IMG/VR virus record: IMGVR_UViG_3300045988_110668
DNA length: 63,351 nucleotides
Reading direction: 5' to 3' (one strand)
DNA from: a virus
Made by a program: the position numbers and the translations under genes. Below, one piece after another: positions 17,694 through 26,468 of the stretch (the first letter of the stretch is position 1; the number at the start of each line of letters is the position of its first letter). Below the pieces are notes generated by a model. It searched no databases and was not told where the DNA came from. It saw only the letters and a program-made list of their open reading frames with translations.

Positions 17694-18199
17694 AAGTCTT
17701 CTATTATTCGTTTGGCTTCCTCTTTACTCATAGGAGATACAATGTTTATATTCATATCTTGAGGAGAATCAAAGCCAAGCATTTTGCAAATGCGCTGGAT
17801 AGTCCATGTACGCCCATTTAGTTTTATTTCAATCCCATCCTTTCCTTGTTTCACGCTTTCGACCTGCATTGCCATTTCATTAGTCCAATCTTCGCTATCT
17901 TTGAAAATGACATTGCCGTTTTTTATGGTAAGGAAATTACGTATGTCAGCATACATAAAGCTTTTAAGCATATTTAATACCTCTTCTTTTGTAATGTCTG
18001 ATTTCCTCTTTAGTTCTTCTTGAAGCTCTTTTACCCTTACCAAAACCTTACCATTATCTAACAGAGCCGACGCTTTTGTCCATACCACTTTATCAGCCCA
18101 ATTTTCACTACTTGGATATGCACGCCTATAAGCCTCAGATGCATTCCCGCACTCAATATAGTAATTGCAAAATTTTTCCTGTTTTACTGATAACTTCAT
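17690..18199 (-). CDS. terS: Terminase small subunit
   Basis: MKLSVKQEKFCNYYIECGNASEAYRRAY is a typical small-terminase N-terminal HTH. Confidence 0.8.
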   Translation of the reverse strand: MKLSVKQEKFCNYYIECGNASEAYRRAYPSSENWADKVVWTKASALLDNGKVLVRVKELQEELKRKSDITKEEVLNMLKSFMYADIRNFLTIKNGNVIFKDSEDWTNEMAMQVESVKQGKDGIEIKLNGRTWTIQRICKMLGFDSPQDMNINIVSPMSKEEAKRIIEDL

Positions 18200-18216
18200 G
18201 TCTTTTCGTCTGATTA

Positions 18217-18249
18217 GCTACATGCCACTTGACATGTAGCACAAAGTTA
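18217..18249 (-). promoter_or_regulatory. -7 box TAACTTTG plus a perfect 8-bp hairpin GCTACATG-TCAAGTGG-CATGTAGC, upstream of terS
   Basis: Seen directly in the sequence. It shares its loop and core with 2105-2139 and 59186-59215. Confidence 0.6.
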
Positions 18250-18427
18250 GTAATTTCAGTTTATTATTTTACACTCTTCCCCCACATTTCCGCATTATAC
18301 AGGGCATAAGCATATAGCTTTATCTCTTCGCTGGTTTCCAGGAATTCCACTTTCATGGCTTCCTTCATACATTCCGCCAGTAGGTTGCTGTCTTCTTGGT
18401 TCATAATCATTTTAAAGGATCAATTAT

Positions 18428-18733
18428 TTATTCTCTGTCTTCTATTTTTCTTTTAAGATTACTGTATTCATCCTCAATATACTTGCTTATCTTGGCTGCA
18501 TCTTCGTAACGTTCAGACTCTATCAGTATTCTTTTTATCTCTTCAAGCTGATTGATGTATACGATGTCATTGCGGTCCGCTACATGCTGAATATAACTTT
18601 TGATGCCATTCAGCTTGTCCTCCATGCGTCTGTGCCATTTGCTTATCAAAATTACAACAATGGCAACGGTTGTGGCATTGAGGATGAATAACGCTATTTT
18701 AAGTATTAATTCTGCTATTTCGCTTATTGGCAT
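18428..18733 (-). CDS. Membrane-anchored hypothetical protein (101 aa)
   Basis: Track ORF with an N-terminal hydrophobic helix. Confidence 0.55.
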   Translation of the reverse strand: MPISEIAELILKIALFILNATTVAIVVILISKWHRRMEDKLNGIKSYIQHVADRNDIVYINQLEEIKRILIESERYEDAAKISKYIEDEYSNLKRKIEDRE

Positions 18734-18735
18734 GG

Positions 18736-19116
18736 CTATTCCTCCTCCACTAGTTTTAACGCTTCTTGTATTCCGACTTCCAATGCTTCTTCATAGGTGT
18801 CCCACTGACCGCCATCGTTAGGACCGTCAAATATTCCATCGGTTATATGAGTGCCATTGTCAGCTTTGCATATATCATAGCCATAACCGCAAGCGTTTCT
18901 AATGATGGAAATATGCAGGTTCTTGGTTTCACGTAGCCATTTTTGGGCAACGGGTTGAGTAGGTTGGGAACATAATTTTATTGGTAACCCGCTATTTGTT
19001 CTATTGGTACCATATTGTCTACTATCTTCAATATTAATAGCAATCATACATGGCTCATTAAAGACTTTCTCTCTCAGCATCTTTGCTGTCTCTAATGTTA
19101 CAAGTTCTTCGGTCAT
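18736..19116 (-). CDS. Hypothetical protein (126 aa)
   Basis: Track ORF, tightly packed with its neighbours. Confidence 0.55.
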   Translation of the reverse strand: MTEELVTLETAKMLREKVFNEPCMIAINIEDSRQYGTNRTNSGLPIKLCSQPTQPVAQKWLRETKNLHISIIRNACGYGYDICKADNGTHITDGIFDGPNDGGQWDTYEEALEVGIQEALKLVEEE

Positions 19117-19118
19117 AG

Positions 19119-19319
19119 TTATTCCTCCTTATTTAAATCTTCACAATGCAACTTATAAGCATAGGCAAACATCTTCAAAGTAATAGGTTCAAAGTGAAAG
19201 TCTGCCTGTTTACCTTCTACTACAACAGAAACGCATAAAATTCCATCACAAAAATCGAAATACGCCACAGCATCGTTATCTCCTTTGATAGAAAAGGTCT
19301 GTGTCTGTACGCTATCCAT
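19119..19319 (-). CDS. Hypothetical protein (66 aa)
   Basis: Track ORF. Confidence 0.5.
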   Translation of the reverse strand: MDSVQTQTFSIKGDNDAVAYFDFCDGILCVSVVVEGKQADFHFEPITLKMFAYAYKLHCEDLNKEE

Positions 19320-19743
19320 GATTCACCTCCTTCTCTTTAAAGTGTTCGATTAGCTCTTTTACGGTAGCCTTGTGACAATAAAGTGATTCTATCTGAGTTC
19401 CAACATGCCTTCCTCCGTTACGATCTGTAGATTGAAACCAAGTACCTTTAGGAATATAAACATATATTTCTACATCCATTATAAACCATTGATACTTGTC
19501 TGTATCATCCCTGAGTGAAGCGATAGCCAAGAAAAGTTCCTCGTTGGTTCCGCAATCAATAGAACGAGATAGTTCTTCCAAATACCCTAAAGGTCTATTT
19601 AAATAATATTCTCTATTTACAAATAGATAATTCCCTCTATCATCGTCTATACATTCAGGATGCAAATAATATCCCAACTCCTCCAACTTCTTCCGAAGCT
19701 CCGGTGTATTGCGTCTAATAAACGCTGCTGTTGTAAATCCCAT
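19312..19743 (-). CDS. Hypothetical protein (143 aa)
   Basis: Track ORF. Confidence 0.55.
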   Translation of the reverse strand: MGFTTAAFIRRNTPELRKKLEELGYYLHPECIDDDRGNYLFVNREYYLNRPLGYLEELSRSIDCGTNEELFLAIASLRDDTDKYQWFIMDVEIYVYIPKGTWFQSTDRNGGRHVGTQIESLYCHKATVKELIEHFKEKEVNHG

Positions 19744-19745
19744 AG

Positions 19746-20207
19746 TTATTTGTTTTTAAGTTCTTTCAATACCTTTTTCGCTATCTCATAGTAATTCAAC
19801 TGCCAATCAGAACAGATGTCGTCCGCTTCATCATCGTAATGATTGACATGTACGTATAAGTCCAATTCCTCCCTAAACTGTTCTCCGCATAATCCATCGT
19901 CATCACAATCATCATACATATTCAATTCATGGGCTACTTCTTTACATTCTTGATGTGTGATGAAGTCGCCCACTACTCCGTCATAGACATTTGTCTGACG
20001 GACATATTTTTGTCCTATCGCTATCTTTTCGCAACAAAACTCACATCCATGCTCTTTCCTGGCTGTTGGATAGGTTTCTCTTAATACTGTAGGCATAGTT
20101 AATCCTCCCATTCTTCGTCTTCGTATTGCATACAATATCCTAATAAGTTCAACTCTGGATCGTCCAATAAACATTCTGCTTGGTGTACACAATTCATGCA
20201 ACACCAT
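19746..20207 (-). CDS. Cys-rich hypothetical protein (the start may be the internal Met at 20096)
   Basis: Track ORF containing HGCEFCCEK...HQECKEV. Confidence 0.5.
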   Translation of the reverse strand: MVLHELCTPSRMFIGRSRVELIRILYAIRRRRMGGLTMPTVLRETYPTARKEHGCEFCCEKIAIGQKYVRQTNVYDGVVGDFITHQECKEVAHELNMYDDCDDDGLCGEQFREELDLYVHVNHYDDEADDICSDWQLNYYEIAKKVLKELKNK

Positions 20208-20241
20208 TCGTCTGATAATATACTCATTGTTATTCGTTTAA

Positions 20242-20499
20242 CTACTTTGTTACTATTGTTCTATCACTCCTTACTACTTTCATCTTAGGCTTCTTAAACT
20301 GTTTGTCGCACGATGTATAAGGAAGCCAATACGATCTATCTTCATATAAATATTGATCTATTGGAACAAGGTGAAACAATTCATTGTCAAAATCAACGCC
20401 AATCAGCATACACTCTATATCAACATCAGGATGCCTTTGGTGATAGATAATGATTTCGCTATGCCGATAAGAGTAATGAATAAATTGATTGCGAGTCAT
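20242..20499 (-). CDS. Hypothetical protein (85 aa)
   Basis: Track ORF. Confidence 0.5.
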   Translation of the reverse strand: MTRNQFIHYSYRHSEIIIYHQRHPDVDIECMLIGVDFDNELFHLVPIDQYLYEDRSYWLPYTSCDKQFKKPKMKVVRSDRTIVTK

Positions 20500-20546
20500 G
20501 ATTAAATCATTTTTTGTTTTTAATTGTTACCTTAGTTATTTCCATA

Positions 20547-20966
20547 TTAATCTCCTTTCTCTTTAATCCGTTCTAGTACATCTCTGTTGGCTTCGAGTAT
20601 TTCATCGAAAGACGGAATAGGCATCCAATAGATTACATCATCTCTATGATAACTCTCACTTGCAGCGCAGTCATACCAAAAGTGATATTCCATATCTTCG
20701 TTGTAATCTTCATCATAATGCGCTATTCTTATTGTTCCATCTACAAGCATTACTAATTTTTCGTTTGTATCTTCAGGCAACCGCTCTTTCGTGCTTATCC
20801 ACGGGGATTGCTTTGCGTGCCATTCTGCACCACATTGAAAATCTTCCATACAATCAGATTTCCGACTAACATAGTTATCTGGATCAACCTCCTTTAAAAC
20901 CTCTTTTCTAAACTTTGTTTTATTAGTAGCATAGTCGTATGCTGCTTCTTCTAATGTCTGTTTCAT
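20547..20966 (-). CDS. DUF551-like phage protein
   Basis: SPWISTKERLPED...VIYWMPIPSF pattern, recognised from memory. Confidence 0.5.
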   Translation of the reverse strand: MKQTLEEAAYDYATNKTKFRKEVLKEVDPDNYVSRKSDCMEDFQCGAEWHAKQSPWISTKERLPEDTNEKLVMLVDGTIRIAHYDEDYNEDMEYHFWYDCAASESYHRDDVIYWMPIPSFDEILEANRDVLERIKEKGD

Positions 20967-20967
20967 A

Positions 20968-21162
20968 TTACTCTGTTTTACGGTTTTCTCTTAATTTTTC
21001 TTCACTGACGGTAGTATTAGAAATTGTATTTGTATTATTGGGTTTGCAATACAAACACATTTGGGTAAAAGGTGAATATACCCTCCCACACTTCGGACAA
21101 ATCCAGCCCTGCTGTCCAAACAGTCCGTTATACGGATTGATTGCGCTTGATTCTTGTTTCAT
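20968..21162 (-). CDS. Small zinc-ribbon protein
   Basis: WICPKCGRVYSPFTQMCLYC. Start chosen at the internal ATG (MKQESSA). Confidence 0.5.
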   Translation of the reverse strand: MKQESSAINPYNGLFGQQGWICPKCGRVYSPFTQMCLYCKPNNTNTISNTTVSEEKLRENRKTE

Positions 21163-21379
21163 ATTATGGTTTATTAGATTAATATTTCTTCCCGTGCATT
21201 TTTTCACGGAGTTCGTTATACTTCATTTTCTGATTGCAACATGAGTCATTCCACCAGTTAATTCATGGCCTGTTATTGCCGTTAGATGCCCTAAATGCGG
21301 ATTAATTTCGCTTTTTGACGCTAACTTCCTTGACATTTAACCATTGTAGTACTCGCAATGGTTGCAATCTTTTGGACTG

Positions 21380-21411
21380 CCGTACAAGTTTAAAACAAGT
21401 ACGGCTTTTTT
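21380..21411 (+). terminator. Hairpin plus T-run oriented for the + strand
   Basis: CCGTAC-N13-GTACGG followed by CTTTTTT, in an otherwise minus-strand region. Confidence 0.35.
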
Positions 21412-21441
21412 CTATATTCTTCATTTCTATTTTTATTTTAA

Positions 21442-22206
21442 TTACACAAATAGCGATTGCTGGATACGTGATAACACAAATTTATTCGCATCAGCAAAGA
21501 ACTTTTTTTTAATCTCAAATCCGTATGCCCTGCGTCCCAACTGGGCAGCAGCTAATAAGGTAGAACCGCTTCCGGCACATGGATCAATAACGACATCACC
21601 TTTGTCGGTGAATATCTCTATCAGTCTACGAAGCAAAGGAACCGGCTTTTGCGTGCTATGAACCTTCGGAGTTTCATTGTCCAACACCCAATCAAAGCAA
21701 TTGAAGATCATCCGACCATCGTTGTTAAACTTTGGAAGTTTATCGCGGTAAAGCAACAATCCATATTCACAATTGCCGACTATCTTCATATTGGCTTTCA
21801 AGACTTGCGCTGAAAAGTTCTTTCTGAATACAAGATTGATGTAATTATTCAGCCCATATCTTTTACCCAGTTCAATATACCGGAACTGGTCTTCAAACTC
21901 GCAAAATATTATCATGCAAGGCGCCTTGCCTTTTTCCTTGGGTTCCTTTACAAGCATCTGGGAGCAGAAGTGCATAAACTCGGCAGGGCGAAAATCTTTA
22001 TCGGTATCAAAGAATTGTTTGCCGGCTAATTCGCTTTCCCCGTTCTTGTTATCTCCGTCCACATACCATGAAGGGTTAGAAGCATAAGCACTATTGCCTA
22101 AATTGTAAGGGACATCAGCTATAATTAACTGGGCTTTTGGGATTCCATAAGAACGGAAATTTTGGAAATGGTCATTGAATAACTTAGGTTTTATATTTTT
22201 ATCCAT
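21442..22206 (-). CDS. DNA methyltransferase (N6/N4 beta-class)
   Basis: IIADVPYNLG (DPPY-like motif IV) comes first, then C-terminal TQKPVPLLRRLIEIFTDKGDVVIDPCAGSGST (motif I). Confidence 0.8.
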   Translation of the reverse strand: MDKNIKPKLFNDHFQNFRSYGIPKAQLIIADVPYNLGNSAYASNPSWYVDGDNKNGESELAGKQFFDTDKDFRPAEFMHFCSQMLVKEPKEKGKAPCMIIFCEFEDQFRYIELGKRYGLNNYINLVFRKNFSAQVLKANMKIVGNCEYGLLLYRDKLPKFNNDGRMIFNCFDWVLDNETPKVHSTQKPVPLLRRLIEIFTDKGDVVIDPCAGSGSTLLAAAQLGRRAYGFEIKKKFFADANKFVLSRIQQSLFV

Positions 22207-22745
22207 TTTAATCCTCCTGATGTTTTACTCCTGCCATTTAATACTTGAGATATAGCCCCTTTACATAAACCTTTTGATTTTTCTGCTAATCTTACAGATT
22301 CAAAAACCTCGCCTGTGTTAACACATTTTACCATTGTATAAGAATGTCTCTTTTGATGTAATTCCCTATATGCATGTTTTAAATTATCACTTCGGCTACA
22401 CCACTCTAAATTATCAACATGGTTATTGCATTTATTACCATCTTTATGATTAACTTGTTCAAGGTTTAAAGGGTTATTTATAAAGGTTTTTGCAACAAGT
22501 CTATGAACTGTGAAAGCCTTAGTTTTATTCCCTATTCTTAGCCAAACGATACAATATCCATTATTTTGAATACCGTATTTAATAATTCTTCCTTTATGTA
22601 TACATGTATGTCCATTTTTACAATATCTTTTTCTATCAACAGATTTTATTCTACCAAAAGAAGATGCTTGGTATGAATAGTCTGTTTCAGGAATAATTTT
22701 CCAAACTTCTTGGAAATGGTCATTATATAGTTCTATATCTTTCAT
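22191..22745 (-). CDS. HNH homing-type endonuclease
   Basis: SFGRIKS..NGYCIV..VHRLVAKTFINNP..VNHKDGNKCNNHVDNLEWCSRSDN. Confidence 0.8.
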   Translation of the reverse strand: MKDIELYNDHFQEVWKIIPETDYSYQASSFGRIKSVDRKRYCKNGHTCIHKGRIIKYGIQNNGYCIVWLRIGNKTKAFTVHRLVAKTFINNPLNLEQVNHKDGNKCNNHVDNLEWCSRSDNLKHAYRELHQKRHSYTMVKCVNTGEVFESVRLAEKSKGLCKGAISQVLNGRSKTSGGLKWIKI

Positions 22746-22762
22746 TTCTATTCTGTTTTTAA

Positions 22763-23755
22763 TTATTTCTTTATTACAACTGCCATAGTACTAACAGCCG
22801 TTCCGCTTTCCTTGAACTCACCGGCTCCGATTTCAAAAACTTCTCCATGAACTTTTTCCAACCATTCCCGGAACTCAACACATTTCTTTTCAGACGCGAA
22901 TTTCCAATGCCGGCTGGTTATAACCGCAAGAATTCCACCTTCTTCCAAGCGTTCATACATAAGTCTTACATGGTCAATATCCTGATTACCGGAAAATGGA
23001 GGATTAGCAATAATCTTAGTGTAATGCCCTACACTATCTTTCGTAAAATCTTCATCAAGCAATATTACGTTATCAAGTGTATGAAGGAACTCCCTGTTTT
23101 CCGGCATCAGTTCATAGCATTCAACTGTTACTGACGGGCACGACCGATGAATCGCTTTTATCAGAGCACCACGTCCGGCACTTGGTTCAAGTACGGTATC
23201 TTTTTCGTGAATTCCACCGGCAAGCATTACCAACCAGTCTGCAATATCAGCAGGTGTTTCAAAGAACTGAAAATCTTTTTGCAAATCGCATCGCTTACCT
23301 TCTTTCAAGATGGAGAACACACGTTCCGGATTAAAAGGAAATGTGAATCCCTGTATCTTACCTCCCTGCCATGAGCCGCCAGCTTCTTCTATCCATTTTT
23401 TAGCTTCAGCATAGGATTTCTTATTGAATTGTACTTTCGGAAGTTTAAGAACACTATCCTCAAGAGTACAATGCTTCAGTATCTCTTCCACATTCCATTT
23501 CTTACCTTCATCAGCCTGGCTCTTCCTTTCATCAACCGGAGCGCCCGGCGCTAACAGTGAGGATATTTTCGTAATAACCATATTACTCGCATCCATAAAA
23601 GTATTAACACAGAAAAGCGCTTCCATAAGAAATTCAGTATCAACATATCCGGCAGCGTCATAAACATCTATGCCTTCAGTCATATCCGACAATTCATTGA
23701 GCTGGGTTACACTACCACGTAACGTTTTTATTAAAGTCTCTTTGTTGTTCATCAT
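22763..23755 (-). CDS. N6-adenine DNA methyltransferase (gamma-class order)
   Basis: VLEPSAGRGALI (motif I) then IIANPPFSG (motif IV), with a ~170-aa N-terminal extension. Confidence 0.75.
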   Translation of the reverse strand: MMNNKETLIKTLRGSVTQLNELSDMTEGIDVYDAAGYVDTEFLMEALFCVNTFMDASNMVITKISSLLAPGAPVDERKSQADEGKKWNVEEILKHCTLEDSVLKLPKVQFNKKSYAEAKKWIEEAGGSWQGGKIQGFTFPFNPERVFSILKEGKRCDLQKDFQFFETPADIADWLVMLAGGIHEKDTVLEPSAGRGALIKAIHRSCPSVTVECYELMPENREFLHTLDNVILLDEDFTKDSVGHYTKIIANPPFSGNQDIDHVRLMYERLEEGGILAVITSRHWKFASEKKCVEFREWLEKVHGEVFEIGAGEFKESGTAVSTMAVVIKK

Positions 23756-24818
23756 AACTTTTTTGTAAATAAATTCTTGTTGTATCTACACTACCATGAC
23801 CAAGAAGGTCTGCTAATTGAATTACATCTTTGGTTTTCTTCAGGAACATTTTAGCAAAGAAGTGCCGGAAGGCGTGAGCGTGCATTTTTTTCGAATCGAT
23901 ACCACAATGTTTACCCCATGCTTTTAGGTGTTGGGAAAAACCTCTCTGAGTCAACGGTCCGAATCTCCCAACAGCAAGAGTACCGGACTTGCCTGTCTCC
24001 TTTATATAGTCCTTCACTTCCCTCTGCAATTGCTTCTGGAAAAAGAAACGCCGATACTTGTTCCCTTTCCCTTTCAAAACAACTTCGCCGATCGCTATAT
24101 CCTCCCACGTGAATTGCTGAAACTCCGAGAGACGAGCTCCTGTAGTACCCAATACCTTAATAAAGAAATAGTAATCCTTGTTGTTTTTTGTTTTCAGATA
24201 CTCTAGTAACCGATTGTATTCATCTTCGGTAGGAACATTAGAAATATCTAGCCTACGTTTCATTTTAGGTCTCTTCAATTCTATCGGCTTTTTCATCCAT
24301 TTAGAGAACTTTTCCAAGGCAGTAATCCTTAAACGGATGGTTTGCGGAGACAATGTTTTTTCTTCTAATGTACGTATAAACCTCTTACAGTTTTCCATAT
24401 TTATATTGTTAGCGTATGCAAAATATTGCTTCAAGGATGTGTGATAAATATCCACTGTATGCGAAGAGTAATCATTGTTATCGGTTAGCCATATTATAAA
24501 ATCATTTAACAACTTTCTGTTCTTTTCCGAAATGGTGTCAAGTCTTTCTAAAGCTTTTACTTTCTTTTCTTGACGGTTATATCCGATTTTAAGGTGAAAC
24601 AATAAATCACAAATAGCTTCACTCATCAATGGATAACGTGCCCCAATATTGGCATTTTCACGCTTATAAGCCAGATAGCCACGACGATTGATTTCTTCGG
24701 CACTTTCAAGAAAATCAGTTACATATTTGATATATTTCCCAATAGTATCATAAGTTCTTCTTGTTGTATACAAGTAGCTAATATAATCAGTTAAGATTTT
24801 CTGCCTTTCATTATTCAT
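23712..24818 (-). CDS. Tyrosine recombinase (Xer/integrase family), second copy in this genome
   Basis: C-terminal HAHAFRHFFAKMFL...LLGHGSVDTTRIYL catalytic signature. Confidence 0.8.
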   Translation of the reverse strand: MNNERQKILTDYISYLYTTRRTYDTIGKYIKYVTDFLESAEEINRRGYLAYKRENANIGARYPLMSEAICDLLFHLKIGYNRQEKKVKALERLDTISEKNRKLLNDFIIWLTDNNDYSSHTVDIYHTSLKQYFAYANNINMENCKRFIRTLEEKTLSPQTIRLRITALEKFSKWMKKPIELKRPKMKRRLDISNVPTEDEYNRLLEYLKTKNNKDYYFFIKVLGTTGARLSEFQQFTWEDIAIGEVVLKGKGNKYRRFFFQKQLQREVKDYIKETGKSGTLAVGRFGPLTQRGFSQHLKAWGKHCGIDSKKMHAHAFRHFFAKMFLKKTKDVIQLADLLGHGSVDTTRIYLQKSYDEQQRDFNKNVTW

Positions 24819-25126
24819 GATTATTTATTTCTTTTTGATTTAATCTTAATAGGATTATTTTTGGTCCCTGTTCCAAAACTACTTAACGGAATCTTATGTA
24901 TCCGTAACCAGTATTTAAACCTTAGAATTTCATCTAATATAATTTTATTCATTTCATTATTGTTTTACTCTATTTGACTTCTACTTTAAACGGAAGAGGA
25001 TAACCGCCAATCAAACGATTGTAGACATCTTCCCAGCAGTACGGCATATTGGCATTATTTGCCAATTCCTTTGCTATCTCTTGTAATCTTTCTTTGCTCA
25101 TTACTATTCTGTTTTAAATTAAACTC

Positions 25127-26032
25127 CTATTCACAAAGTCCATGATAAAGACTCATACAGCTATACCCACCTTCTGGCTCAAACATATCATCCATACCGA
25201 CATCGTTACGGTTCACATACTCGAAAACTTCCTGTACTGTTGGATAAGTCCTATTTTTACAGAAACGATCAGGGATGTAACCGGGTGAGAAGAAAGACGA
25301 GCCTTTTGGAGTTTCTTCTTTCATCCTTTGCTCTGCATCTATCAAGCGGTTACGCCCGAACTCTTCTTGTGAAATGAGTTTGACTTCCTGCTTTCGGCAC
25401 ATAATACAAGGATAGCAACCAACACGGGAAAATCCACGAAAATACAAAGGATTTGGCTTTTGTCCGGCAGATAAGATATGATTTATTACTTCTTGTGCCG
25501 ACCACTGAAAAATCGGACGGGAAACGCTTGCATCATAGTGTTCACACCATTTAAGTACATCTTTTCTACGATAATCCTGCTTCCATACTTCAACAATCTT
25601 TCCTTTGCGATTCTTTTTAATGCGTTCGTAATACTCCCCAAAGTAATTGCATTCATAGGGAAGTTTAGCACGCTCTTCACTTTCCTTTGCCCGGATGCCT
25701 TGTATAATCACGCAAGGTTCAGTAAGTGAGAGAATGTAATCAATCATCGGTTTAATTTTCAATTCCGAAGTACAAAACCTTCTTTGGGAAGACGGGAACC
25801 GGGAGCGCTTGATAGACATATCTACAAAATCAGTATATTTCTTGCTTCTCAAAACTACTAATTTAACATCAAGCTGTTTGCACAGATCACTAATATGTTG
25901 ATAGGTTTCGGGATGCTCCCAACCAGTATCACAGAAAACAGCTTCTATTTTATCAGCTCCGTATTTATTGGTAGCCTGGATTAAACAGGCTTGCGAATCC
26001 TTACCACCGGAAAAACTTACTATTATTTTCAT
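25127..26032 (-). CDS. PAPS-reductase / PP-loop ATPase family protein
   Basis: N-terminal IIVSFSGGKDSQA PP-loop. Confidence 0.75.
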   Translation of the reverse strand: MKIIVSFSGGKDSQACLIQATNKYGADKIEAVFCDTGWEHPETYQHISDLCKQLDVKLVVLRSKKYTDFVDMSIKRSRFPSSQRRFCTSELKIKPMIDYILSLTEPCVIIQGIRAKESEERAKLPYECNYFGEYYERIKKNRKGKIVEVWKQDYRRKDVLKWCEHYDASVSRPIFQWSAQEVINHILSAGQKPNPLYFRGFSRVGCYPCIMCRKQEVKLISQEEFGRNRLIDAEQRMKEETPKGSSFFSPGYIPDRFCKNRTYPTVQEVFEYVNRNDVGMDDMFEPEGGYSCMSLYHGLCE

Positions 26033-26202
26033 TGCATATAGACTTTTTTATTTTCATCTTCAAAATATACTGTTTCATACTTATTGCGATTAAAAGCAAT
26101 AGGGAGGTTCTCTATCGGACAATATCCGAGAAACTCATACACTATTCCATTTTTGCGAATAGAGAATAGGTCACCTATTTTTAAATTCTTGATTTCGCTC
26201 AT
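26029..26202 (-). CDS. Small hypothetical protein (57 aa)
   Basis: My translation: MSEIKNLKIGDLFSIRKNGIVYEF... Its TGA overlaps the ATG of the PAPS-reductase gene. Confidence 0.4.
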   Translation of the reverse strand: MSEIKNLKIGDLFSIRKNGIVYEFLGYCPIENLPIAFNRNKYETVYFEDENKKVYMQ

Positions 26203-26213
26203 TTTTATATTTG

Positions 26214-26447
26214 TTATGTTTTAACTTCTTTGTATATTACATCAGGGTGATTCTCACAATATTTTATAATCTTTTCGTTTCCTTCCTGCCAACAAATAGG
26301 CACAGAGGCTAAACTTCTTACATTTTTTGCTAAATCGCAATCGTTGCAATTTTCTTTCCCCTTAACTTTGATTCGTTCATATTTCTTGCCATCTATAATT
26401 ATTTTACTCATTTCTATTCTTGTTATACGCAAATCCTTGATAATCAT
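26214..26447 (-). CDS. Small Cys-rich hypothetical protein (77 aa)
   Basis: Track ORF. Confidence 0.5.
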   Translation of the reverse strand: MIIKDLRITRIEMSKIIIDGKKYERIKVKGKENCNDCDLAKNVRSLASVPICWQEGNEKIIKYCENHPDVIYKEVKT

Positions 26448-26468
26448 TCAAGAACTTGCAAGGTTTAA

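Noticed and set aside
18217-18240. The TGGCA(C/T) in the late-operon motif, considered as a sigma-54 -24 element.
   Set aside because: No conserved TTGC -12 element sits at the required spacing in any of the three copies, and a standard TAnnTTTG box lies just upstream.
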